A stretch of DNA of 64,000 bases from Catajapyx aquilonaris (lineage: Eukaryota): contig KZ538466.1 in assembly GCA_000934665.2 (NCBI GenBank), forward strand, positions 1-64,000, read 5' to 3'. A model generated the notes under the pieces. It searched no databases and was not told the DNA's origin. It was given only the letters and a program-made list of their open reading frames with translations. This document shows, piece by piece, positions 47,471 through 61,247 of this stretch; the first letter of the stretch is position 1, and the number at the start of each line of letters is the position of its first letter. The translations under genes were made by a program, and so were the position numbers.

Positions 47471-49191
47471 ATATAAATGAAAATAACACTATCAGATATT
47501 TTGTTTGGCTAAATATGAGGAAACGAATTACTTTTCCTACTATTTATTGTTCATATTAGAATCACTCTCCTCACCTACCATTCCACCCTTGTCACCTTGT
47601 ATTTCCAAGCTGCAAGCCCTGTGCAGGCGGATTTAGCGGACTGGCGGCTCCGGATAGACAAACATAACCCTAAATCCCTTTTCCTGGCCATCCTCTTCGG
47701 CAGCATTTCCATTATGCAAACCAAAGCCTCTTTAAAACACGGGAAAATGCCCGGATTATAGCCAGAAGAGGATTGCTGCTGGATCTCTGACTCACTGCGC
47801 ATGATACGGAACCTAGTTTTTCGATGATTGGAAGCTCTTTTTTTATGCGGTTGGATATCGGAGGGTCACTACCATCAGAGAGCCTCTATTGCTTCCAGTC
47901 ATTAATGAATAGCATTTTAAAGTGTTTTCAATTATTAGCGATTATATAAATTTCGGATTTTCATCCTCTCTTGTGATCGTGACCAAAATGCAGATTGTAC
48001 TTGATTAGGGAGCGGCGATTTGGGATTAATTTCAAAGGCATATTTCATATTAAATGGTGTTTAACGTGTCACTTCTGCAAATAGTTCGAGTGTACAGAAA
48101 TATGTTGAAAATCCTTTGACTATTAGGCCTACAGCTGTAGTGGACAATATTATTCGTTACATCCCAGGGTCCGGTGTAGATGTTTCGCAGCATTAAAATA
48201 TTTCCATTAATTCAATTTATTATACCGGTAATCAACAGGTATGTTTTTGAAGCAATTATCACGAGATTTTTTATATAACCAGTCAGACTACCAATATAGT
48301 GATTGGCCCACAACTTAATAAGGTCATCATCGTAGCTTACGCGATATTGCTTTACGTCATGCCGATCTGTTTTAGTGTATAAAGTGATAATCTGATATTA
48401 CTCCTAATTTTGTTAGCCGCTACGTTCAAACCCGGAAAGCTTAATGTTCAAGGTGAACTTTTAAACCATTAGAGCAATAAAATCGCTACTAAAATCCATA
48501 TCGGCAATAACAGGAACGTTTTATTTAATAGCTATGATCCAAATCTGCACTACATAGAATCGGTTCATTATCAAATTTAATCAACTATAAAGAATACCGC
48601 AACAGATTACATGTGTCAGTTCTAATAATCTGCAATAATTGACGTTAAACTGTCTCGACAGAAAAATGGCAGGTGTTTTTTTTAATTGTCCCCTGACACA
48701 TACGGATGTCATATTCAAATGATTTCTAATCTCCATAGCAGGTAACTAGTTCATTCACACAACCATCTTATCTTAGCCCCCACCCTATACTTCAACCCCA
48801 ACACGATAACGGTGACGAAGACGGTGGTACAGTATAGGTTGAACGACCCCTGCTATACAAGCACCATTAACTACGAATAACCTAGACTCAGCAACGAAAA
48901 TATAAGTTAGCATCTACGTCAGCCTGCATTCATTTCGAACGTCTTATGAATCCCAAAGTCCCCAGCTCCCCGTCTCCTCCAATCCCTACAGACTTCAGAA
49001 AAAAAAAAGTGCTACAGTTGCATTCAAATGAAAGGAGACCTGGTTCCTATAGAGACCCAATAGTGCAACGGGTTCTGGGTCCTTCTGCATATAAGTATCT
49101 TTTTGGGACGAGGTCCCGATGTGCGAGGAACGGAGTGGAAAGTAAAGGGAAAGAGGGGAGAGGAAGAGGGGAGGAAAGTCTCTTGGTCTCC

Positions 49192-49205
49192 GTTTCCATG
49201 GTGAC
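49192..49205. promoter_or_regulatory. RFX X-box-like motif
   Basis: GTTTCCATGGTGAC, in a purine-skewed island. Confidence 0.3.
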
Positions 49206-52200
49206 TCTACCTTCAGGGCTTGAATTAACCCCTTGACCTTATTATGCCAGGTAGGGAAAGTCTGGGCGCAGCATGGAACTCACATCTAAGCCCATTTACA
49301 AGGACTTCGTGTTGGAAAAGTGACACGTTTTCCAATAAAGAAAACAATGAGATTTTTCACCTAAGCCTTTACGTAGCAGAGGAGTTATAGAATAACAGAA
49401 TCCTTTTGAAAAAAATATATACCAGCGCACTTTATAAGCTTGTGACGCATTTAGAATGTGAAGAGGGATTATTATTTAGGTATATTTAATATCATTTCTG
49501 GGGAGATGAAACACCCTGTGTAGTATGATCACATACGATGTTTTGCTCTACAACATTAAAGTGCATTATACTAACACGTCTGTTTTGTGTGAAATCATAT
49601 CAGGCACTTTATATTTTTTCTGAAGCAAAAAAATGATCAAAGTAATACTTATATATTCGTAGTATTTTTTGTAAGCTCAAACAGAGCCTTAAACAGAAAA
49701 TCACTTAACTGGCTGTTTCTACTTTTAACCTATGGAGCTGAAGCAACAAGAGTGCTTTTTTGTGCCACATGAAAGTTCCAAGCCCTTTCCGAAGAATAGA
49801 AAAGCCCACGGTTCGATTCCCAACCTGAGTGTGTGTATTTTGCAAAGACTTCGGACTTTTCTCTCAGCTCCGTGTGAATCTGATATAATTTTACAGTCCT
49901 TTCAGGGACTTCACTCAAAACTCAAACCCAAACTTGGTAATGTAAGTACAGTGGAGAAAATACAGCATCTCCCCGTATTTGCACTTGTAGGCTACTTATT
50001 CCCCAGACTGACGAGTTACGTGATATGATATTCAATATTAAACAATTATCGAGAGGTTGCAATTTGTAAAGGCTGTCTAATTATATATTGCTCAGTTTAT
50101 TTATTTCTGTCAAAACGAAGTTCAATTAATGGAAATATCATAATTATTGTGTGTACTCTGATACTCATACTTGAGCTCACATCCTTATAGGTAAATTATT
50201 ATCATAGACTCACCTTCTGGATTTCTAATAGGTAAACTGTCTATTATGTATAGGATCATAATTATTCATATGCAATTTCCTTGTCATAAGATGCCATCCG
50301 TGTTTTATTGCAGTATTTCCTAAATTATACACCGAAATACGGAAATTAGCAGGCTAAAATAATCTAAAACGTGACAACTCCGTGTCTGTCGTATATCATA
50401 GGTGGATCGGCACTAAAGTGTCTCCAATAACACTATCAGCCCAGTATAATATTACCACTGCAGTCAGGTTGACCTTCTCGACCTCTTGCTGGTGATGGTC
50501 TTGACCTAATAACGGATATGCAATAATGCATATTTGCATTTCAGCAAAAAATATTGACAATGTGTATAGGTTGTATAACTTGTAAGGTCTCTTTTTAGGC
50601 CCTTAGATTAGATATTCAGAATATTGAAGGGAGGTTGTAAAATTTCAATAGACCCAATTAGGAAAAAATATGATTCCTGCTCCTGCTTAGTAGCAAGCAG
50701 TACATTTCAAATGTTTGTCATGAAAGTAACTAATGTGGCGATTTTCAAAATTCAATTAATTAGCTTGAGTGAGAGAAGAAACTTAATTTCCTCCCAACTA
50801 CGTCGTGTGGAGTCAAAAGGGGTTTGAAAGAGCACTCCTAAGTTTATCACAGACCTTAAATGGGTGTATACTGTACTATTACTCAATACTAGGAACTCAG
50901 CCATTACAGTAACTACTGTTGTGAATGATTTTGCAAGAAAATCCTTGGCTTAATCATTAGATGGGGAGTCTCATTGCTTCACTTTTCCTCTTGTACAAAT
51001 GCTGTGTTTGTATGCTTTTAAAGCATCCTATTGTACAGGTTCATGATTGGCGTGCATTAAAATTGGATCCTACTTTGCAACCTAATTAGTTTTATCATAG
51101 AAGCCTACTACTGTGTAGAAATATACGAGTAGGGTTTGCTTTTACTTTTCATGTAGCTTGCCCTGGTTATGTTTGGATTATTATTCTTGTTTATAGGTCA
51201 TGTACCGGAACTGTATACTTATTGGCTTGGTCCTAGTTAATTTTACGATTTTTTGTCTCATGACTTTTACACGCAGAGACATTTCGGCATAACGTGGCAT
51301 GCTATAGCAGCTCGTTATCTCTTAAAAGGCAGGTGCCACCCACCGCCTCGCCTTCTCTGGAGTCCACCCACTCCGGATCATAAATCGAGATAAATGAACT
51401 CTATGTGAGTCTGAAAGACACGAAGTTGTCATACCTTGCATAGGCATATGATAATTTCCGTGGTAGGATACCTTACGTTAAATTCATGTCATATGTCAAC
51501 TCCACGTTTTTCGAGCTTATCGCCCTCAGTTATCGCAGTGGGTCATCCATAGTGTCTGGTATTCAGATAAGGTAGTGATTGAGATCGGACTATTAATAAA
51601 TGATGGGCTGCACATCTCTGGAAGTGTACTAAATTATGATGACTAATGTTGATATTGAACCATTTTTACCGAAAATGTTACGGCATATGGACAAAAGTGT
51701 CAGAAATATATTGCTACGTTTCCATACATACTGGAGGAGAAACAACGTTTCCAAGAACACTACAGCTTTATTAAACTGAGGTCGTAGTGAGTGCGTCTCA
51801 GCCCTGGCCTAACCCCGCCAAAACTGCTCGCGCCACACTACAGCTCAAACCCACACATTCAACACTCTGCCACCAGAGGCCAACACGTACCCACACCCGA
51901 CAACTCCACCTGGGGCTGGGTTGAGACAATATTAATTAACCCCTGGTGTTTATTTGTTCAGCAATGACGGGGGCACGAAGTGGTCTGCAGTCAGTTACAT
52001 GATCAACAAAAAAGGCGTGGCACAGTACAAAATAAATGATAGCAGAACTATGAAGGTTACTATTTTTTTGTAATAGGCCTACAAGGTGTTTCAGAAAGAT
52101 ATCGAGAAACTTTCAGGGTGACCCCATTCGAGTTAGTGGATCACCTTAAGTAGAGGGATCAAATGGTAGCAACAGTCTAGATGCCGAGATAATGGGCTTT

Positions 52201-55026
52201 TTCATAAGGTAGTATAGTGTATCCTGGACGGTTTTCATCCATCCACACAAGGAAAGAGATTGAAAAGTCCGGCTTCTAATCTGCTTGCAAGCACAACTTA
52301 AGACACAGCCAAGCACACGAGCAATCAACCTCTCCTTGATAATGACCCACTTTTTGTACGTGTATCAGCTGTGTCAGTACCTGATTAGTCATACCGTTGA
52401 GTTAATTACAAAATTACTCATTTTTAGACAGTCATTGTATGCTTCTCTTCCAGTACATTCTACACTAGCGAATAAAAATAGCCTTTAAAAGAACAAAATA
52501 TCTTATAAAATCCCACGCCCAGCTTGAAAATCACCGCACGCATAGTGCATCACCCTGAATTACACCCATCAAATACATTTTGATTACGGTCGCAATCAAC
52601 AACATGAAAGCAGCTCAAAAATTTTCCTTGTCAATTTAATACTAAAAAACGGGCGTATTTTGGTAAAACAGGTAATCCCCCAGCGACATAATGAATAAGA
52701 ACACAAGTCCATGGAATCTACAATGTTGCACCCAAACTCCGGGGGCTTTCCTTCCTGGATGCTGTTGTCCGCAAACAAAAGCGAATGATTTATTGAGCGA
52801 TAAGTCTCACATCAGCGACGGTTTACCATAACCCTGTGCACTCTGGGCGATTAAGGCCGTTAGTCTTGTAACAAGGAAACACGGGGTGCGGCAGAGGGGA
52901 GGGTGCTGGTTGGAGGGGGTGGGGAGAGTTGGGGGNGGGGGGGGGGGAGTTATTCTCGGAGAAAATATGTGGGAGCACGGGCGCGAAATTGCCTACTAAG
53001 TCTTCATCGTTATGTCGTCTTACGTTTGAGTCCTTATTTGTCAGGGAGGAACAAACTTGTTCATCCCGCACTGTTAATTTTCCGGGGTTTGCACCCTGCG
53101 AGAAGATTGCCTACCTCTGTTGTCCGCTTCAACACCCAAGCTTCCCCCCCATTCCATAACCGTAAAAAAAAGGGAAATGAAAGTGAAAAAGGGCTCCCAT
53201 AGTTCATTAAATATCGGAATGCCTGCGCTTCGTTAATTAAGGAGGTTGCCAAAATCATAATTGACGCTCAGCGCCAGATTCTTCCGGGTCAAATGAGAAG
53301 GAAAATTTTCTGCGTTGGCAAAGGGACGCAGTGATCTACTTTCTCCCCACCTCGCCCATATTCCCTCCTCTCCATCCCCCTCCCTTTAATGCCTGAAATG
53401 GCTGGCAAAGGCACGCCGATCCTTAGATACTCCAGCTTCCTTCCCGCTCTGTATACGATATGAACCGTCAGGAGCACTCTGGCTCAGGGAAAATTGCCGT
53501 CCGGTAAGCCTTCCTAATAATGCTAGGTTCTCCGGATTCTTGGTCCTCGGAACAAGTTCCAAGAAATGCCAAAAATCAAATGTGGAGGAGTAGCGCGCAC
53601 GAGCATAAATGTATTTGGGGAATCTTGGCATGCCAGGCCACAGAACAGGTTCAAACTTCTGTCCAGAAATTTTCAGTGTGTAATTACGTGAGGGGTGTCC
53701 AAATTTTGCCCGTGTTTTCTATTTTTGCAAACCACTTTTGTTTTTTTTGGAAACGGTACCGAGGTACTTTGTAAAACTCAAAAAACGCAACAAAAAAAAC
53801 GACCGCGTCTGTTCCATGGAATTCCCATTTCCGCCGTTCCGAGCGCCAGGGCGCCACCTTCTGGGTGGCGACTCGCTTACTTCTGCATTCACCGTCGGAT
53901 GTCGCTTCGATACCTAATTTTTGCCAAATTTTGGCAAGTTGGTGCCTAGTATTCCATATAATAGACAATTCCTTATACTTGGGGATTTTTTTTTTTAAAT
54001 GTATCATATGTTGCGACAAGGTGCTTCCAATGGAGTGACTACATTGTGATGATTGTGCAGTGAATATAACAACTTGTACGATGTTGGTGTCACGGGGCAC
54101 AGCATGGGGAATATGCAGACAAAAAATTCGGTAGCCCGGCAACAGATGGTGAGAGTCTGGGTCGTCAACCTTCCATCGGTTTTTAAGTGAGAGAAGTTTG
54201 TGCCAGTGACGCACTCTGTCGCCAAAAATGGGCTACAGCTTAGTTCCTGAGTGCTACGTTGGAGAAGAGTTGGAGAAAAAAGTGTAGAACGTGAAAACAT
54301 TTTTTCCCCCTCCTTCCTTTTAAGGTAGCCCATATATGGCCACGCAGACCGTTTTATACTGTATGCACTTTCCACCGCACGTATGAATTTCTTTTTCCGA
54401 ATATTCCTGGAGAGGTTGAAGCTAGTCAAGACGAATGATTCTGCAAGGCCATTGAAAGGCCCAAGTTATTTTACATTCCGGAATAGAAGGGGATAGAGTT
54501 ATTTCTCGTGGAATCGCCCCCTTTTTTCTTGAAAAAATATCCTTAGATATATCTTTTAGCAATCCTTTGTCAATTTGAAGTCTTTGAGTGGGGACGCGGA
54601 GGACGTCCGATCGCACGGATGCCTGTCAAAAAAGGTTTAGACATGTTGGAAAACTGCGCGGAGAAACCAGGCGTGCATGACGAGCCTCTCAAAAAAGAAG
54701 AGAAAAAAACGACGAAAAAGTCTCCATTTTGTATATGCTCCTTCGTCTCACTTCCTCTAAAGCGCTCTCCACACTTCCTTCAACACCCGCTCGCATTTTC
54801 TGCTCAACTTCTTACACCTTTGCCCAAACCATATACTGTACTCTTATGACATTTTACATACGCTCATATATTCGTACGTTACATAGCGCCATCATTGGCC
54901 AAATTGTTTTACACATAACTCATCAATAAAGCTTAAACCTACAAATCTTAAATAATATGCTTCTTCGTGAACCTATATTATGACACAGTTTAACAGTTAT
55001 CGCGTTAGGTTGGGGTAGTAGCTAGT

Positions 55027-55345
55027 ATTTATTTTTGTTTATTTTATTTATTTTATTTATTTTACCCAAGCATTGGGAGAATCGGCGCTCCATTAGGGGG
55101 GGGGGGTGGAATACCACCATTTTATCGCTAATTTTTTTCTGAAACTTTCACACATGGATGGGGCCAAGGATAGGGAAGGAAGGAAGCGGTTGTGGCCTAT
55201 AATACGGAAGCGACCCCGGAATTATCCTGGGGGACTGTGGAAACCCACAGAAAACCACGGTCAGTATCGCCGTCCCCGGGAATCGAACCCAGCACCTCCC
55301 GATTATCAGTCGGACTCCTTAACTACTACACCAACCTGCTTCGGT
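55027..55345 (-). mobile_element. tRNA-derived SINE, copy 2, with A-rich (TAAA)n-like tail and TSD
   Basis: Same 5' end as copy 1 (ACCGAAGCAGGTTGGTGTAGT) and B box GGTTCGATTCCC. Flanked by GGGTAGTAGCTAGT (55013-55026) and GGGTAGTATAGCTAGT (55346-55361). Confidence 0.88.
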
Positions 55346-55633
55346 GGGTAGTATAGCTAGTTGGTGAGATTAAGAGTATTTTTTACTGCTCGAAAAGCTA
55401 CTTGTTCTTTCTCATAACATACAGTATAGAATCAACAGGGCTTATTCCCTATACAAAAGCCCCGTTTCCTGGAAACGAGTATTTCTCTTTTCATTATTTT
55501 GCAATTTTCAGAGGCTTCGTTTCCTGCCTTTGCTTGGTTAAAGCCGCCTCACGTACAAAGGGCACAAAGATTAAGAATGCATTGAAAGGGCTTCCACATG
55601 GCTTGATTATGAGGCTGGAGACAGGTTACTCAC

Positions 55634-56040
55634 CTGAGGATCTGTTGTTCATGGAAAAAAACCTTGTCAAGTGCCTTTCTTTCAGTAGCACCCTTACAAG
55701 TTTCTCTACAGGACAGTATGCGCAGATGTTGACTCTGCTATTCGCTGGGTGTGTAGTCTTACAGGCCCCAAGAGGCACTTCCTTATATGCCTCCTATTTT
55801 CATTATTGAACCCTCCTCACGGACGAACTACCACTGCTTGGGCTTTTCTTAGAACTCGCTCTGTTGCAGGCCTTTGGCAGCACAACCCCTAGAGCTATTT
55901 CACTTGATTAATAACGCTCTAAACTTCTCTTTGAAACCTCATTTCATCGTTCTGCTGTCTCTCAGGCGTCACAGCTTGGATGTTGGAAGCCAGCACAGCA
56001 GTCTTGGCCTTGTTTTGCAATTTGATCACAACTGGGTATC
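55634..56040 (-). pseudogene. Decayed animal EnSpm/CMC-like transposase exon, tentative
   Basis: Across stops and shifts: VVIKLQNKAKTAVLASNIQAV...GFNNENRRH...KEVPLG...CAYCPVEKLVRVLLK, ending at a CAG|GTGAGT donor (55633). This resembles recalled motifs LKLQAK..LPASTIQ / P.E..LG / FQYVP...L..LL. Confidence 0.35.
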
Positions 56041-56465
56041 AGCAACGGATACTATGTACAGTAGGCCTACACCCACTCGACGTTGCTCTAATTGATTTTG
56101 GAGTCATTGGATCATTCACTTGTGTGGATTATTCTTTGCTATAGAGAGAAAGTTCATTTTACAAGAGCTGTTTAAAATATTTGTTATTGTCATATGATAT
56201 AAAATGCAATTTTTGTAAAAATGTGAAATTAATATGAATCAAAAGGTTAGTCACTTTAGCTCACCACCTACAAAGAATGAGTCTAAATAGTCTATGGATT
56301 AAATTATGCACTTGACATAGGTAATCAATATCTGGATATGATGAACGTCAAAAAGGATGGGGATGTTGGTATATACAGTATAGGCCTACTATGAGGTGGA
56401 AAGGGGAATGTGGATTTTAAAAAAGAAAACCACCATGAAGAAAATGTTGGGAGGTATTAATGTTA

Positions 56466-57042
56466 CTCACAAGGGAAGGTCACAGGGTGATAATGACGGA
56501 TCTTGATGAAATTTAACATGCTAATACAGGACAATATATGATACCCAAAAATGAAATATTTCATGCGGAGGCCCATATTTGCAAAAGTTATGACGTCTTA
56601 AAGTTCCCAAAAAAAAACACATTTTCATTGAGTTCATAAGGGGATTACATTAGCGACCACATATAAGACCCCATTGAAGTGTGTAATCAGTTTCTACACT
56701 TTGTCTCATCGGAAAAAAAGTCATACATAACGGCTCTGTATCTCTTACGGTTTAGGCCTTGATACCTGTCCACAGACGGACGGACGGACAGAGCCGTTGT
56801 GTAGGACTTTTTCCGATGAGAAAAAGTGTAGAAACTGATTAACACACTTCAATGTCATTATATATGTGGTCGGCTGGTCGCTAATGTAATCCCACTATGA
56901 ATGAAAATGTATAATTTTTGGAACTTTAAGACGTCATAACTTTTGCAAATATGGGCCTCCGCACGAAATATTTCATTTTTGGGTATCATATATTGTCCTG
57001 TATTAGCATGTTAAATTTCATCAAGATCCGTCATTATCACCC
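56466..57042. mobile_element. Foldback element copy 2 (internally deleted, right tip lost)
   Basis: TA|CTCACAAGGGAAGGTCAC... is homologous to 1877. Arms are ~270 bp, and the centre retains only the right-arm segment CTCTTACGGTTTAGGCCTTGATACCTGTCCACAGACGGACGG. Confidence 0.92.
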
Positions 57043-57837
57043 CGTCAGTATCAATCTGTATGCTTCATAATTAAAGGAATTCGTGTATTAAGCAAATTGC
57101 ATGACTTATCGGGAATGTGTTAAATTACTGTGTATGCTAGTGTTAATAATTGTCATAGTTTATTTTCACGCTACATTAAACAGACACGACATTATTATTG
57201 AAATAGCCCCCCATGGAATTTTCCAGATTTGTTTTACAATTTTGCTCGCGTTAGAGCGCTCGCGTGTATATTTTACAGCGTCCATGTAGACATCACGGTG
57301 TCACAATATTACAATATTTTATAATCTCAACGGATAACGAGTCATATCGAAATGGCCAACCAAATATGTCAGTGGGTATCTTGAATTTTTCTCTAAAATA
57401 GTGTGTTAGTATCTTCAGATCTAATTAAAGTTACCCTTATTGTGCTTTGTAACTGATGCAGGTTCCTCACTTAAAGTTCTTGCAAGTTATTTATCACAGG
57501 GGATTTAGTCGCCGTAGCGAAATGCTAAATCCTCTCAAGTCCACCTAGGTCTTTGGTTGGAAGATGACCCCAACACTCCATCCTGGTGAGTGTATAGTCA
57601 GGCTGGGGAGGGTTTTAGGGTTTTGGAGAAGGCAGGGGTGTGTGGCTGTCGTTGGTTGGTTGAATCAGTGCAAACCCTGGGAGAGAAAGAGCCATGAACA
57701 TGCAAGAGGTGGAGAGGAGACAAAGTGCAGCGGGTGAAAAGGAGGTCAAATGGCGCCCACAATTCCCAGGGCCCAAGTAGCCCAACCCTGCCACCTGGTG
57801 CCGAAAACTGAAATCGCCCTCCCAGCCCCCCCCCCCC

Positions 57838-57982
57838 NNNNNNNNNNNNNNNNNNNNNNNNNNNNNNNNNNNNNNNNNNNNNNNNNNNNNNNNNNNNNNN
57901 NNNNNNNNNNNNNNNNNNNNNNNNNNNNNNNNNNNNNNNNNNNNNNNNNNNNNNNNNNNNNNNNNNNNNNNNNNNNNNNNNN
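57838..57982. other. Assembly gap between poly-C and poly-G
   Basis: Run of N. Confidence 0.99.
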
Positions 57983-58423
57983 GGGGGGGGGGGCTACGAC
58001 CTTGTTGTTATTCGAGAAATTTCGAATGGATGGTTTGCAGACTGTCCTGGTGCGAAATTAGTTCAGAGGTGGGGGAAGGATGGGGGGGAGGTTTGCCCTC
58101 CCTATAGGCCTCCCCCCCCCTGCACTTCCACTTGTTTTCCAGCTCTTGGCCACCGTGGCCCCGGAACGTTTCATGCAATGCTAACTGGGAGGTGGAATTG
58201 GTGGTGGTTGCGGGAGAGTGGGTGGAAAGAGTGGGTGGATGGGGGGAACAAAATGGCTGCCAGAAGGCTGAACTAGAAAGAGGCGGACCCCACGCAGATT
58301 TCGGCCTGATGTAGGCAAAAATTTTCCAAGCCCAGCTGCCCACTTCGATAATGGGGGGAACGTGGCTGTTTGCTCTCCAATTCGTGCCCGCTGCTGCACA
58401 TATACACAAAAAATTTCACATAT

Positions 58424-58441
58424 AGAGAGAGAGAGAGAGAG
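58424..58441. repeat. (GA)n microsatellite
   Basis: Direct reading of the sequence. Confidence 0.95.
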
Positions 58442-60241
58442 CAGGGAAATCCCGGGCATCTGGGCAGCAGACTATCTCTACAGAACCAAGTGGCCGTTGC
58501 TACGACTGCATTCATGAGTTTCGGAATTTTTGCCTCTGCTTTGCTTGTATAGTTTTTTTTTCTTCTAATCATATCGTTGGCATTAACATCAGACCAACTA
58601 TCACCACTTGATCAAACTGGTTCAAAATATGTGTGCCAATTCTTGTAATATTGATATAAATGAGGGTATAATTAAATCAGTGGCACACTTTGGATTGGTC
58701 ATTGGGGATTGGAGGACTATTACTAATATCAGAGTGCAGACTGTTTCATTCGCTGTGACATATGGAGCTGATATGGTTCCCCTCGCTCTGAACAATCCTC
58801 GAGAGAACTTTTCGAACGATAGATTGTTGGGTTTGAGATTTTAGGGTGGGAAGGGAGGAGAAAAGAGCATTATATAATTCAAGTCACGTTGGAAGATGTT
58901 CTCTTGTGAGGAGTGTCCTGAATTTTCGATCACAAAAATGGGAATTCTATATAATAAAAAAATTCGGACACGAGATTTTAGTGTCGCACCCAACTATTTT
59001 ATAAGGGCTATACGGATGAATTGAAAGCCACCGCTCGATTTCATTAAATTTTGCAGTACCCTTTTGAATCACTACTTGATTAGAGCATGACCACATATTT
59101 GAATAATTTGATCATTATCGTTGCTGAAGCGGTCGATGTTTTTCAAACGATAAGTGAATGTATGTGCATAGCCCAGGCTATTACAGCCATTCCCTTCCTC
59201 ACGATTCGTGCTGCAGGTTCAAACGGTTTTAAGCTCCCAAAGTGTTTTGGGGGGTGGGTAGGGGGGGTACTATATACCCCCCAATTCCATACCCCTCCCC
59301 CTCTTCCTCCCTACCCCACTTCACCTCCCCTACTCCCCTTCGTTTCGACACTCAATCTAACTGGCCCGGATTCCGGATTGGGGCATAACGCATAATGAAG
59401 CTGGGGATGTGAAACCCAGGAAAACTAGTTGGTGGATGGGACGAGAGGGGTAGAGGGAGGGAGGGGAGGTCACCTCTACCGGAATGAAGACGACGGTGGC
59501 CCGGAGGTTAATTCAATCCGGGCGCTGCCATTTGGGGATGGCTCCCCGTACAGTCCCCCATTCGGCCTCGGCGACTAATGCTTAAGTTACTCTATTCTCT
59601 CATTGAAATTGCCCACTGTGCCCTGCACACCCCGGATTGCCGCGATACTACTCTCAAATTCCGGGCTATTCAAGCTTTCCTACGTAAACCGATTGGTGGG
59701 AGGAAGGGGAGGGAGAAGCAGAAACCACCCTCCCCCCTTCTCTCCCCTTCCCCAGTCACCACCCCTTTTCCTCAATAAGGAGGATTATGTACTTTATATT
59801 GGATGGAGAGAGTCTATGCAACTAGGCAAACGATTTCCCAAGCAAGCAAGCTTTTAAGTTTCCATAATACCGTAGTGGAAGGGGGGAGGGGGGGGGGAGC
59901 TTAAATGAAAATGGTGGAATCAGACAAAGGAAGCAATTTGCAGTTGAATCTTCAAAGGCACAGTTCATCGTTTTTGTGATTTATTTTTGCAAAAAAAAAG
60001 GTGTGCTTTCGTTTCCGTCTCGTTCATCAAATTGTTTCGGAAAAAAATGTCGAACTCACTAGGATTTCTCCAATGGGGTTTAACCCACTTAGAAGAATCA
60101 AAAGGGTTCTTGCTAGTTATGACCGCCTGTTTTCTCCACCAATTTGAAAAGGAATTATGGTGTTGACAAATTGAACTCTCAGAGCTAATAGAGCTCCTGA
60201 AAATTTTCGTGGCGTAAGATATCGCTTCAGGTATTGCTGTA

Positions 60242-60394
60242 CTATCGGGTTCAAATACTTTTGGCCACTTTATCCTGGTCTTGAAGCAACCCTTCGCGCG
60301 CGCACACCTCCTTTCTCCTGAATGTGGGGTCTGTGCGAAGGGTTGCTTCAAGACCAGGATAAAGTGGCCAAAAGATCGTATTAGAACCCGATAG
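60242..60394. mobile_element. Short palindromic MITE, 'CTAT' family copy 3 (most intact)
   Basis: TA|CTATCGGGTTC...GAACCCGATAG|TA with a long perfect inner inverted repeat, CTTTTGGCCACTTTATCCTGGTCTTGAAGCAACCCTTCGC. Confidence 0.92.
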
Positions 60395-60706
60395 TACGTA
60401 TGCTCTTTTAGAAAAAAATGTGCATTGTATACTCCACTGTTTGGCTCACTTTTGACTTCTTTTCATCAATTACTGATTAGATAGAGGTGTGTTACCTAGG
60501 GCACTGTTTTTTCGAAGTGTGAATGTGTGATTCATCATAGAAGTGTAATAGGCCTACTAATGGCATTTGAATCAAAGTAGTTAATTTCTGGAGAGAATAT
60601 AATTCCAAGATGTCAAAAGCTTCTTAATAATTATTATTGCATTATCTGAAAGTGTCAAAGCTGCTTTAAGATTGACACAAAATAAGATCACTTTAACTAA
60701 CATATA

Positions 60707-60731
60707 CAGTCGGCCCCCGGTTATCCGCGGT
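60707..60731 (+). mobile_element. Solitary pogo/Tigger-like TIR
   Basis: TA|CAGTCGGCCCCCGGTTATCCGCGG resembles Tigger-type TIRs; no partner end was seen. Confidence 0.5.
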
Positions 60732-61140
60732 TTGAAAATGCTATATCAATATTCAATCAAAACATTAAATTAAAAATCCAACACTACCGGGTAGTCTGTA
60801 ATTCTCGTTGGTATAGGTGGTTTGTATAGCACCTGAATATCTTTGCCCAAAACCCTTTTTTTCACGTATTATACTTGATATTATGCACACTGCATCCTGT
60901 ATAATGTGTTCCTGCTTTCCAACCCCACGACTGAATTCTGCTTGCTTTCAGTTTTGGTAATGGCTCTGCCTACCTACACCGGTCACGCCCTCATACAAAA
61001 TTGCCTGATTTGAAACCCCTCGGAAACAAAAGCTCAGGTTTGCTTTCACAGCAAAGTTTTTTTTTCCACCTAGAAAAAAAAACGTTACTGCCAAAACCCA
61101 ATTGTAGTGGAGAAAAACGATACCACTGATTGAATTTCAG

Positions 61141-61247
61141 GCTATTTGTCGAAGATTGGTTTCTTGATTTGACAAAGTGAAACAAAATCCACATGAACCC
61201 GCAGAAAACACCACGACGAGCCAATCCACGTGGAGATGACAAGTCAG
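61141..61247 (+). other. Candidate exon (5'UTR plus possible start codon, or non-coding)
   Basis: AATTTCAG| acceptor and CAG|GTGAGT donor. All three frames are closed in the 5' part; the ATG at 61193 is open to the donor (MNPQKTPRRANPRGDDKS). Confidence 0.3.

Noticed and set aside
53684..54214. Longest gap-free ORF (176 aa, minus strand)
   Set aside because: No recognisable domain, atypical composition, and no supporting splice or start context.
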